From a bacterium (GTDB taxonomy: Bacteria > Patescibacteriota > Minisyncoccia > Phycocordibacterales > JBBTRF01), in assembly GCA_037130265.1 (NCBI GenBank), contig JBAXTI010000001.1:394377-458376 (forward strand): a stretch of 64,000 nt of DNA. The letters are read 5' to 3'. The notes under the pieces were generated by a model. That model did no database searches and had not been told where the DNA came from. It saw only the letters and a program-made list of their open reading frames with translations. Numbering within the stretch: the first letter of the stretch is position 1; each line of letters opens with the position of its first letter. Both the position numbers and the translations under genes were made by a program. Below are positions 48,095 to 56,579 of the stretch, piece by piece.

Positions 48095-49006
48095 ATGGAC
48101 CTAAAGAAAATAATCCTAAATCTAAGCTTAATTATCGTGACGATATCTATCTTTCTTTTGGTACTAATTGATAAGCCTACGGACAATGGAGAAAATGGAA
48201 ATTTGAGCACTATTTTAGCTTCCGAATACACCCCCTCGGACGCAGATACTTTTGCTGAGTATCTTTTTGATGACAATGACATTCTTGGCTTACTTTCCAA
48301 ATCACCATCCGTGGGCTACAAAACAGGGTTCCCGAGACTTTCTACCCTAACATGGGAAGACCGTGTCTTTTTTGAGAAGAAACCTAGAATCAGTATTGAT
48401 ATTCACTATCCTAGATTTATTGGTGGCACATTTGTGGAAAAGCTAAACGAACATATTGATACAAAAATAAAAGGTTTCGTGGATGAGGATAAGATAAAAT
48501 TAGCAGAATACGTAAAAAATGACCCTGAATCGTTTGGCTCTACACTAGATTTAGTAATTAAATACCGCATGATTGGAGTTCAAAATGGAGTGGTAAGCCT
48601 TGAATTAGGGGTTACCGACTTTACAGGGGGTGGAAACGGTAATCACGATACTCCGTATGTAATAAATTGGGACTTGAAATCTGATAGACTCTTAACCGAT
48701 CGGCAACTTTTCTGTTCCAAAGATTATGTCTCGATAATCGCTCCTATTGCTCGTAAACAAATCCTAGAGAGAATACCCAAAGATTTCAGTCCTGAACTAT
48801 TTGACGACGTCGGCACATATAATATCGTAATTGAGCAGATAAAAATTGGTACTGAGCCACTATCTGATAATTTTGATAATTTACTACCTTATAATGGAGG
48901 TCTGATAGTGGTATTCGCACCGTATCAAGTTCATTCAGGTGCTTCGGGTATTGTCCGTACCTACATTCCAGAAAATAAACTTCCAAATATTATATGCCTT
49001 CCATAA
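48095..49006 (+). CDS. membrane-anchored DUF3298/DUF4163 (RsiV-like) domain protein
   Basis: N-terminal TM; ISIDIHYPRF..G...EKLNE.I; VVSLELGVTDFTGGGNGNHDTPYVINWDLKSDRLLTDRQLF; IVVFAPYQVHSGASGIVRTYIP. Confidence 0.65.
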   Translation: MDLKKIILNLSLIIVTISIFLLVLIDKPTDNGENGNLSTILASEYTPSDADTFAEYLFDDNDILGLLSKSPSVGYKTGFPRLSTLTWEDRVFFEKKPRISIDIHYPRFIGGTFVEKLNEHIDTKIKGFVDEDKIKLAEYVKNDPESFGSTLDLVIKYRMIGVQNGVVSLELGVTDFTGGGNGNHDTPYVINWDLKSDRLLTDRQLFCSKDYVSIIAPIARKQILERIPKDFSPELFDDVGTYNIVIEQIKIGTEPLSDNFDNLLPYNGGLIVVFAPYQVHSGASGIVRTYIPENKLPNIICLP

Positions 49007-49306
49007 ATACATCTCTGACTTCGGGCAAGTGCCTCTGTGCCACCCCTGACTGCGCCAAATGTTTGAGTGTAAATTGTACGGAAGATACATGCGTTATCCA
49101 TACCAAATCAGCAAAAGAACGCTGGAAAGCAAATCATCAGCATACATCTGCGGTGGATAAAAAGTAATTTAACATCCCACTAAACTGCAATTCGCTCTTA
49201 ATCTTGGTCCAATTCGCAGTTCTGAATGCGTCCACTGTACGGAGCACTGTTTTCCCTACTAGATAGAGCACAGAACCTCTGTGATACAATTCACTCATAT
49301 AAAAAT

Positions 49307-49849
49307 ATGAGACGCATAATCGTTCATTTGCTGAGAGGAAACGCGGCTCGTGCACACGAGGACATTACGAAAGACCTGACCTCAAAGTTTGATACTTTTC
49401 CGCTTCACGACCGAATTACCCCACACCTAACAATCAAGCGGTGGTTTGAACTTGACGATAAGGGAATGAAAGCGCTGTATCTATGTCTAGACAATTTTAT
49501 CCAATCACAGAATCAAAGCGATTATGTATTGAGTGGTTTCGGGTCTTTCGGCAAAGAAGTGATCTATGTTGATGTTGTCCCCTCCAAGGAGACACTCTCA
49601 ACTGTCCACGACTTGATGAACAAACTTCGTGATATCCAAGGCCTCACTTTTGATAAATTTGACGAAATAGAAGATGATTTGCATGCCACTGTGGCAATGA
49701 CAGCCTTAAAACCATTTGACTACGAACAGATTTGGAGTTACTTGAAGGCGGGCGTGCAGCCAAATTTTAATATGAAATTCGATAATCTAGCAGTACTCAA
49801 AAGGACTGAGGATAGATGGGTTACAGAACGTGTATGGGAAATCAAATAA
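49307..49849 (+). CDS. 2H phosphoesterase superfamily protein (LigT-like 2'-5' RNA ligase / cyclic phosphodiesterase)
   Basis: Two H-x-T/S-x motifs (HLTIK and HATVA) about 80 aa apart; MRRIIVHLL N-terminus. Confidence 0.7.
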   Translation: MRRIIVHLLRGNAARAHEDITKDLTSKFDTFPLHDRITPHLTIKRWFELDDKGMKALYLCLDNFIQSQNQSDYVLSGFGSFGKEVIYVDVVPSKETLSTVHDLMNKLRDIQGLTFDKFDEIEDDLHATVAMTALKPFDYEQIWSYLKAGVQPNFNMKFDNLAVLKRTEDRWVTERVWEIK

Positions 49850-50048
49850 TATAAATAGCATGAAAGTCTCTTTTGAATACAACAAGGAAAAAGACATCTG
49901 GTGCCTTCTAAACAAAGGTAAAAGTTCCAACAACTCTCAAAACCCCACCAAGCCGTAGGAGCAATTAGTCGCACATTGCGGCGAAAATCCCACTCGAGAA
50001 AACGCCTCAGACTTTATTGAAAAATACCTTTCAGATAATCAGATTGAT

Positions 50049-51416
50049 TTGCAGAAATACGCGGCTGACTACGAAAAAGACTGGGAGAATATTTCGAATG
50101 AATGTCAAAAAAGGGCTGAGCTTATTTTCGGTGTTTCACTTCCTGAAAAAATTGTAGCTTACCTAACGATAAACACCCGATGTCCGTATAGCATAGAAAA
50201 TAATTACTTTTTCGTGTCAGTACCTTCGTCTTCCGCGCGGAAAACGACCATGCACGAACTATGGCACTTCTATACCTGGTATAGTCTCGGCATCAACCAA
50301 GTGGAAAAGTTAGGAAAAGAAAAATACAATGATCTGAAAGAGGCTTTAACTGTGCTACTTAACGTAGAGTTTCGAGACCTACTTCCCGAAGGAATAATTG
50401 ATGCCGGCTACCCCCAACATAAAGAGCTTAGGGATAAAATTCTAAAATTCTGGGAAAAAGATAGAAATATTATCAATCTGTGGAACTACCTAAATGATGT
50501 AGACACCTATAGTCTCGTTAATAATAATGATTTAAAACTCAAAATCCAGGAACTACTAGGAAGAAAAATCGCTAAATTTTCTCTGAAAGGAAAAGGTGCG
50601 GTTAATTATGCATATTACGTAGAATCCGAAGATGGTGAAAAGTTCATTATCAAGCAGGAACGTAATAATAAGGAATTCCAGCCACAAAATGATCTGATTA
50701 CTGAAGCTAAAGTTGCCAAACAGTTGTATACCTTAGAATTATCTACACCTACGCCCAGGGTTGTCTTTGTTTCAGAAGATCCTAAAATGTACGGGTACAA
50801 ATATATCGAGGGAGATTTATTACGAGAGGTGTGGCAAAATTTTACAGAAGACGAGAAAGTCAACGTCTGTCGTAAACTCGGCTATTTTCACGGAGAAATT
50901 GGTAAAAAATTTACCAAAGAAATGGCGGGAGATGTTGGCATAATAATCGACATGTCGGCAGACCTTCATCCTGAGGTTTCCACTGACTACAATCGGTTGA
51001 TCCTTGATGCAAACGTGCCAGAAAATTTTAAAACGCTCGTCAAAGAGGCCCGCTCTATTTTTGATAGAACACAAGACAGACTCGTATTCCAGTTTCTTCA
51101 TAACGACTCACACCACGAAAATATTATCATTAAGGATAAAATGATTTCCGGAATAATTGATTTCGGTAATGCTGAATACGGTGAAGTAACTAAAGAATTT
51201 TCTCGGTACATCAGAGACTTTCCCAACCATTTTCAATATATCGTTTCAGCATATGAAGAACAGTCGGGGAATAAGCTTTCTTCGGAGCATCTTATTAGTA
51301 ATTCACTAATTTCCGGTTTTATTGATATTGTAGATAATTACAAAAAAGGCGGTAAAAGTCGTACGGAAGCAGAAACTATGATAAAAACCTACGCGAATCT
51401 CCTCAAGTTGTACTGA
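50049..51416 (+). CDS. two-domain protein: N-terminal HExxH (TTMHELWHF) domain fused to an APH-like phosphotransferase/kinase domain
   Basis: C-terminal LHNDSHHENIIIKD...IIDFGNAEYGE matches the APH/kinase catalytic loop and DFG-like motif; apparent TTG start (no in-frame ATG/GTG after the upstream stop). Confidence 0.55.
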   Translation: MQKYAADYEKDWENISNECQKRAELIFGVSLPEKIVAYLTINTRCPYSIENNYFFVSVPSSSARKTTMHELWHFYTWYSLGINQVEKLGKEKYNDLKEALTVLLNVEFRDLLPEGIIDAGYPQHKELRDKILKFWEKDRNIINLWNYLNDVDTYSLVNNNDLKLKIQELLGRKIAKFSLKGKGAVNYAYYVESEDGEKFIIKQERNNKEFQPQNDLITEAKVAKQLYTLELSTPTPRVVFVSEDPKMYGYKYIEGDLLREVWQNFTEDEKVNVCRKLGYFHGEIGKKFTKEMAGDVGIIIDMSADLHPEVSTDYNRLILDANVPENFKTLVKEARSIFDRTQDRLVFQFLHNDSHHENIIIKDKMISGIIDFGNAEYGEVTKEFSRYIRDFPNHFQYIVSAYEEQSGNKLSSEHLISNSLISGFIDIVDNYKKGGKSRTEAETMIKTYANLLKLY

Positions 51417-51457
51417 TGATTCATGACAAACAGGTTCCCACAGCCTCAACGAGTCGG

Positions 51458-51490
51458 AGCCGCAAAGAAAAAACACTCTATCTTGAGTGT
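51458..51490 (+). terminator. intrinsic terminator (aaacactc tatctt gagtgttttttc)
   Basis: Read directly after the kinase-fusion gene. Confidence 0.55.
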
Positions 51491-51543
51491 TTTTTCTTTT
51501 GCCAATTTCGATTGTGGACAGAAGATCGGATGACGATGAATAT

Positions 51544-51572
51544 TTGACATTAAACTATATTCATTATATTAT
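51544..51572 (+). promoter_or_regulatory. sigma70-type promoter TTGACA-17-TATTAT
   Basis: tttgacattaaactatattcattatattat upstream of gene 51611. Confidence 0.5.
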
Positions 51573-51610
51573 ACTTCCAGCATCAAAAATCCTGAAGAAA
51601 GAACCTTACA

Positions 51611-52060
51611 ATGAAGATTACAATTGACGTCTGTCTATATCCAGGCACACTACCCGGATCAACTGCATCGCGGCATTCAGCAACATTAGATCTAGCAACA
51701 CTTGAAGAGATGGGGGGTGTATTCGAAAAACAAAAAGCTGAGGCGCGAAGAATAGTCAGCCCGTCGAACCTCATCCTTGCCAAACGTTTCGAAATCGAAT
51801 TGACCCCCAGACTCCTAAAGGAACTGCTCGTGGCTCACACTAAGGGCCACATCTCAGATTACGTATTTAATTTTAGCTGTGTTACTGAGCTTCACCGACA
51901 TTGTCTACATTTGATTAGTCTGAGAACTGGGTATGACGCCGAACAAAATACACTTGGTTTTATCAACGCCCTGACAGACATGGACAAAGTAGGGATTCTC
52001 ATCTCTGAGGGATGGGAGCTTCTCAACGAAGGCTTCGCACGCAAGCATGGGCTCATCTAG
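51611..52060 (+). CDS. hypothetical protein
   Basis: ORF only. Confidence 0.35.
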   Translation: MKITIDVCLYPGTLPGSTASRHSATLDLATLEEMGGVFEKQKAEARRIVSPSNLILAKRFEIELTPRLLKELLVAHTKGHISDYVFNFSCVTELHRHCLHLISLRTGYDAEQNTLGFINALTDMDKVGILISEGWELLNEGFARKHGLI

Positions 52061-52115
52061 AGAAGTTGACTCGCGCACAACCGAACACCGCAAGGTAAGT
52101 AGGTTTTTTATTTGC

Positions 52116-52240
52116 AAACATGCGCACATCGTGAACGTCTAGGCGGGTGCATAGAAGTTCAGCAGACCACTAACCTCCCTACTCGCCACATCCACATCTC
52201 CCAAAGCCGCCGACCACTCCACGGTTCGAAACGCGGACTG
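52116..52240 (+). repeat. 125-bp direct repeat, copy A (about 85-90% identical to 52894..53018)
   Basis: Aligned by eye; begins acatcgtgaacgtctagg and ends ccaggcgagc; contains ccacggttcgaaacg. Confidence 0.65.
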
Positions 52241-52354
52241 CCAGGCGAGCAGAATACCTCACCCACTTGCGCACGTCACAGATTCGTGTATAATTATCAT
52301 ATCACCACGAAAAAGACCCTTGTGTAGATACGTCTACATCGGGGGCTTTTTCTT

Positions 52355-52854
52355 TTATGACCCGATGAGCTGATCAGAAAACTTGTGGTATTGCTCATTT
52401 AGAAAGGTAATCTCAACATTTTTGTTCTTGAGTAAGATTGAACACTTTTTTCTGTCTGGAGCGATTACCCCACCCAATGCAGAATTACTTGCAAGAAACT
52501 CCACAAGACAGCCGAAATCACCATCGCCGGTTACAAGTAGGCATTTATCGAAAGCTTTTGTGTAAAAATCAGAAACTGTTTTGAGCACTAGCTCCGCATC
52601 ACAATTACCCTTCACCACCCCACCCACAGAAACAGTCTGTTTAAAAACCAAGATAAAGCCACACTCCTGAAGAAACTCATAAAATTTAACCCGGTCGGGC
52701 ACAAGACCAATGAAAAGGTACACCTGTGCTGGGTTGTATTTTTGACGCATCCAACCTCTCAGCTTTTATAATCAATCGAAAAGCCTAGCTCTTTCGCGCT
52801 TCTGTAAAGGTTATTCCCGTCGATGTAGATATTGACCTTGTCCATAAAGGTCAT
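52355..52854 (-). pseudogene. NYN (LabA-like) domain gene interrupted by a frameshift in an A4 run (5'-TATAAAAGC-3' as read on the coding, minus strand)
   Basis: N-fragment MTFMDKVNIYIDGNNLYRSAKELGFSIDYKS*; C-fragment (ORF 52355..52750) KGNCDAELVL...LVTGDGDF. Adding one A gives IDYKKLRGWMRQKYNPAQVYLF in a single frame. Confidence 0.6.
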
Positions 52855-52893
52855 TTTATCACATCGTATAATCAGGTGTTTTACCTGCACATA

Positions 52894-53018
52894 CACATCG
52901 TGAACGTCTAGGTGGGTACACAGAGATTCAACAGACCTCTAACTTCCCTATTCGCCGCTTCCGCATCTCCCAATGCCTTCGCCCACTCCACGGTTCGAAA
53001 CGTGGACTACCAGGCGAG
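52894..53018 (+). repeat. 125-bp direct repeat, copy B
   Basis: See copy A; lies just upstream of the NYN start (minus) and of promoter 53108. Confidence 0.65.
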
Positions 53019-53107
53019 CCCTCTTTTTCCCCATATTCCTCAACGTATTTTTGGAGACCCTGGGATGGGTGGGTCGAACGTGGTGGTGTATGTGGTATTT
53101 GAATATG

Positions 53108-53136
53108 TTGACAAAAGCCATTATACTTGTTATTAT
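53108..53136 (+). promoter_or_regulatory. sigma70-type promoter TTGACA-17-TATTAT
   Basis: gttgacaaaagccattatacttgttattat. Confidence 0.55.
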
Positions 53137-53195
53137 CATTGAAGCAATCTACCGCCATCGGACGTACTCCGACCTTAGTTGTTCGAAAGGAATAT

Positions 53196-53501
53196 ATGAG
53201 CTCAAGAAATATCTGCGACAAGTGCGGACGTGAAGTTCCTCCCCATAATAATCTACAATTACTGGTGGATGAATGGTTTCATTTGAAGAAACAGGTGAAC
53301 TACGCTGCGTGGGGATGCCGGCACATCCTTCCGGTAATGGAAAACGGTAAAGCCATCTGCGAAGGTTCGCCGAGCCGCGCCCAATACCTCGAAGGGCAGC
53401 CTCACGATCCCAGGCCGGAATACCCACATCTCGGAGGAGAAGTTGAGAATGAGTTCCGAACGGCTTACCGCCGACTCTTGGCGAAGCATCCTTTGCCATA
53501 G
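53196..53501 (+). CDS. hypothetical small protein (Cys/His-containing)
   Basis: ATG preceded by aaagga; ICDKCGRE...CRH...CEG. Confidence 0.4.
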   Translation: MSSRNICDKCGREVPPHNNLQLLVDEWFHLKKQVNYAAWGCRHILPVMENGKAICEGSPSRAQYLEGQPHDPRPEYPHLGGEVENEFRTAYRRLLAKHPLP

Positions 53502-53526
53502 AACGAATCCTGATTTTACAGCCCCA

Positions 53527-53562
53527 CCCCGCCCCAGCGCACGCTGTGTGGCGGTTTTTTAT
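53527..53562 (+). terminator. intrinsic terminator T1 (ccgcc...ggcgg tttttt atttcccc); cassette terminator family
   Basis: Read directly. Confidence 0.5.
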
Positions 53563-53625
53563 TTCCCCACCCAGGTTCCCACAGCCTCAACGAGGCGCGA
53601 CACGATGGAGACAGATTGAACCCCC

Positions 53626-53654
53626 TTTACATTTCCCATCTCGGTCCATAGTAT
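53626..53654 (+). promoter_or_regulatory. sigma70-type promoter TTTACA-17-TAGTAT
   Basis: ctttacatttcccatctcggtccatagtat. Confidence 0.5.
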
Positions 53655-53701
53655 ACAAATCAGACCGGCAACCTCGACATTTCCGAAACAGAGACAAATC
53701 T

Positions 53702-54340
53702 ATGAATACACCGACACTCGCAACACAGCCCCCCCTCGACTCAAAAGGCCGGCCGATTCAAAAGGGATCAATCGTCGGCATGGCCAATCCTCAAGGTCAT
53801 TGGTCGTTATATCAAGGCCTAGTAGTAGAGCCGAACACCGACCTCGAAGGCGACGAATACACCGTGGCTGTTTTCTTCGACCGAGAAGTCTGTGAATCCA
53901 ACTTCCGGTGCCGAAGTTGGCTCAAAAAGGGCCTCATGGACCCCGCAGAGTGGGACAAGCAACACCGCACCGGCAGCCACGAGCTCCTACTGACCACTGA
54001 GCATTGGACGATCTGCCCTCGAATCGTCTTCTTTCGGCCAGAGGAACTGATAGTCGAAGACGCTTGGAAATTTGAACACTTGGTGAATCGTGTGTTCCCA
54101 AAGTATTGGCAATACCACACGATCTCATTCCCTCTTACTCCGGGTAGCCACGCCTGCTGGCTTGAGCAGTGTTCTGGAGTAGCAACCGACATGGCGCTAG
54201 TCAACGTCTGGGGATTGATTTACCCCATGTATGTCTGTCGTCCCTGTTTTGAAAAATGGAACGGCCTTCGTTCAGACGGTCTGCCTGCACACAAAAAACC
54301 GTTACCAGGCAAGCCCGCTGAAATGGCAGAGGCAGCCTGA
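53702..54340 (+). CDS. hypothetical protein
   Basis: Internal ATG of ORF 53546..54340; Trp/Cys-rich; no motif recognised. Confidence 0.4.
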   Translation: MNTPTLATQPPLDSKGRPIQKGSIVGMANPQGHWSLYQGLVVEPNTDLEGDEYTVAVFFDREVCESNFRCRSWLKKGLMDPAEWDKQHRTGSHELLLTTEHWTICPRIVFFRPEELIVEDAWKFEHLVNRVFPKYWQYHTISFPLTPGSHACWLEQCSGVATDMALVNVWGLIYPMYVCRPCFEKWNGLRSDGLPAHKKPLPGKPAEMAEAA

Positions 54341-54362
54341 GCCAAGGTCGCAATGTCACCTA

Positions 54363-54397
54363 CCCCGCCCCAGCTCACGCTAGGGCGGGTTTTTTTA
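54363..54397 (+). terminator. intrinsic terminator T2 (cccgccc cagctcacgcta gggcggg ttttttt atttcccc)
   Basis: Read directly. Confidence 0.6.
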
Positions 54398-54613
54398 TTT
54401 CCCCTATTTACTACCGCCCACCAGTCATTTTCTTAATCGCGAACACCTCAATATTCTTAATCTTCACATTTTTCTTGTAGGCATCCACAGATCGCTTCTG
54501 CGCCTTCGCAGCATTCCAGTTTTTCTTTGAATTTGACATGTGCATATTTTATCACAACCGACACCAACGAGAAGTGTTATCTATTTACTCCCCCCAAAAA
54601 ATGTCGCAACAAC

Positions 54614-54648
54614 ACCCCGCCCCAGCACAAGCTGTGGCGGGTTTTTTA
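54614..54648 (+). terminator. terminator-family member T3 (cccgcc...ggcggg tttttt)
   Basis: Read directly; no convincing upstream plus-strand gene. Confidence 0.4.
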
Positions 54649-54682
54649 TTACACGACAAGCCTGAATGCCCACAGCGCGATA

Positions 54683-54712
54683 TTGGACACCATCTATGTT
54701 CTGTGCTATAAT
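54683..54712 (+). promoter_or_regulatory. sigma70-type promoter TTGGAC-18-TATAAT
   Basis: attggacaccatctatgttctgtgctataat. Confidence 0.5.
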
Positions 54713-54816
54713 AAATACCGAACCGTTCTTTGCTACTCAAGGCACTGCACAGAACACAACCAACGGGAGGATTTCTGAAAAAAATTGAACGTTACATTAA
54801 CGAAGAGTGGCGTGGG

Positions 54817-55281
54817 ATGGATGTAGTCACAGCCGTCATCTGCGCAGTGATGATCGACCTCACAGTCAACTTCTCCATGCGTGCACTTCTCGTCCAGCTC
54901 GACTTTTTGCCGACCAATGGAAAAACCAAGCTGGCCGACCTTGCATTATTGACGACCTGGGTCAGGATTATCATTGAGGACCCTCTCATGGAAGAAATTC
55001 TATTCCGCGGTCCCCTTGCGGCCGTTGCTTACAAATACAAGCAGTTCGAAAGAGTCATCGCCTGGACTCTCATCTCCTCAATTCTATTCGGACTGGCGCA
55101 CGGTGGCCCTGCAAATATCCTTATGCAGGGCCTCGGAGGAATCACCTACAGCGTCGTTTTCCTAAAGAGTGGTGGTCTGCACGGCAATCCACTGAAAGGC
55201 CTACTAGCGAGCTCCTCCTGCCATGCCCTGTTCAATCTCATCGTCGGAACAATGGCAGTTTTAGGCCAAAGACCACATTAG
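54817..55281 (+). CDS. CPBP-family intramembrane metalloprotease (CAAX protease / Abi domain)
   Basis: EEILFRG, FGLAH and H...N motifs in TM helices; start uncertain (ORF opens at 54730). Confidence 0.65.
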   Translation: MDVVTAVICAVMIDLTVNFSMRALLVQLDFLPTNGKTKLADLALLTTWVRIIIEDPLMEEILFRGPLAAVAYKYKQFERVIAWTLISSILFGLAHGGPANILMQGLGGITYSVVFLKSGGLHGNPLKGLLASSSCHALFNLIVGTMAVLGQRPH

Positions 55282-55286
55282 CGCAT

Positions 55287-55326
55287 CCCACCCCGAGCCA
55301 GAGCTCGGGTGGGATTTTTTATTTTC
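55287..55326 (+). terminator. intrinsic terminator T4 (cccaccccgagc cagagct cgggtggg atttttt)
   Basis: Read directly. Confidence 0.6.
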
Positions 55327-55585
55327 ATCTATTCCCCCGATGCGCACATCCCGCCCAACAGCACGGCCGGCGCTTCCCTGCCGCAAGATTTTCAGTCATA
55401 ATCCTCATCCGACTCTCCCTTGTTTCAATTTTTTTCGCAGACTCGATCCAGCAGATCCATTCATTGCGTGCGAGCGGAGTGATATCTTGCCACACATCAA
55501 GAACCACAACCTTAGAAATGAGCGCCTTTCGCAGATCTGCAGGCACGCTATGTACCGTACCCCCAGCAATTCCGTTTGTTACCAT
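55325..55585 (-). CDS. YdeI/OmpD-associated (OmdA, 'bacteriocin-protection') family protein
   Basis: WQDITPLARNEWICWIESAKKIETRESRMRIMTENLAAGKR matches the OmdA C-terminal signature. Confidence 0.6.
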   Translation of the reverse strand: MVTNGIAGGTVHSVPADLRKALISKVVVLDVWQDITPLARNEWICWIESAKKIETRESRMRIMTENLAAGKRRPCCWAGCAHRGNR

Positions 55586-55736
55586 GGAATAATGGTAGCA
55601 AATTCACAGGGTTATAGATATCCGAATGACTTTAACCGGTAAATATTGACAATAATGTACTGACATGTTACTATTCATATCAGCGTGTCTTCCTAATCAA
55701 GGAAGATGCAAGGTTCACCAAAAATAGACACAGCTC

Positions 55737-56495
55737 ATGGACACAAAGCCACGGAAACCCCGAACAATTTGGACGGATGAAGAAGTGCAAAAAGTGATCG
55801 AAAGGGCGGTGGAAATTTCCCTGAACGACCGCGAGTTTCTGTGGGCGTTCATCGCTCGGGCACAGATCGTTCTGCCGATGGAACGGCGCCGCAGCATCGT
55901 TGGCAGAAACACGGTGACAGAAGACCTCATCGAACAGTTCGTCCAGGAGAGGCAGCAGTTCTTGGATCAATGTGTCCCCAGTCAAGTGAACATTGAAACG
56001 CGTGTGACAGTAGAACGACCTCGGTCGGAGATACTAAAGAGCATCAACACCGCGGAGCTACTGCATCTGCTCGCCCAACACCTGGCGCCGATCATCGACA
56101 ACCTACCCGCCATGTTGCGCATGCTCCAAGAAAAAACTGACCGCTCCGCTCTTTCTGAACCAGCCTCAGCAGGAAGTGATCTGGAAAGGCGCCCGACACC
56201 CGAACCGACCCCAAAGCGCCTGCCCCGTATCTTGCTCTACGGTTTTCTACCCGGACAAGCGAAGAAAATCGTGGAAAGAACCAAAGGATTCCAGCTTGAA
56301 CTGGTGTTCTACGAGAAATCGAAGCAGTTGTCGGGAACGCCTCCCACTTGCCAGTGGTGCGTGGTGCTCAACAAGACCACACACAGCGTCACCCACAAGC
56401 TCAAGACCCAGCACGGCGACAGAGTAACCCTCGTCGAAGGTATCGACAGGACCGTAGGATTCCTCGCCGACCTCAATTCGAGAAAAGACCTGTAG
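55737..56495 (+). CDS. hypothetical protein
   Basis: ORF only. Confidence 0.4.
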   Translation: MDTKPRKPRTIWTDEEVQKVIERAVEISLNDREFLWAFIARAQIVLPMERRRSIVGRNTVTEDLIEQFVQERQQFLDQCVPSQVNIETRVTVERPRSEILKSINTAELLHLLAQHLAPIIDNLPAMLRMLQEKTDRSALSEPASAGSDLERRPTPEPTPKRLPRILLYGFLPGQAKKIVERTKGFQLELVFYEKSKQLSGTPPTCQWCVVLNKTTHSVTHKLKTQHGDRVTLVEGIDRTVGFLADLNSRKDL

Positions 56496-56518
56496 TTGGT
56501 CCATCGACCCACCTCACC

Positions 56519-56553
56519 CCACCCCAAGCAACGCTTCGGGTGGTATTTTTTTA
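56519..56553 (+). terminator. intrinsic terminator T5 (ccaccc...gggtgg ta ttttttt)
   Basis: Read directly. Confidence 0.5.
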
Positions 56554-56579
56554 TCCCTGCCATTTGCTATACTTCCTCT

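Noticed and set aside
49014-49150. Cys-rich peptide-like frame (CLCATPDCAKCLSVNCTEDTC...) after the DUF3298 gene
   Set aside because: No in-frame ATG, GTG or TTG start with an RBS lies before the Cys cluster.
52112-53142. ORFs 52112..52327 and 52912..53142 over the two 125-bp repeat copies
   Set aside because: The two copies are read in different frames and one has an in-frame stop where the other is open. The repeats are therefore non-coding.
54527-54778. 83-aa plus-strand ORF
   Set aside because: It reads straight through terminator T3 and the next promoter.
53527-56553. CRISPR array as explanation of the recurring C-rich/G-rich repeats
   Set aside because: The units are hairpin-plus-T-run terminators at irregular 0.7-1.2-kb spacing, each after a gene. 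They are not short direct repeats with uniform spacers.
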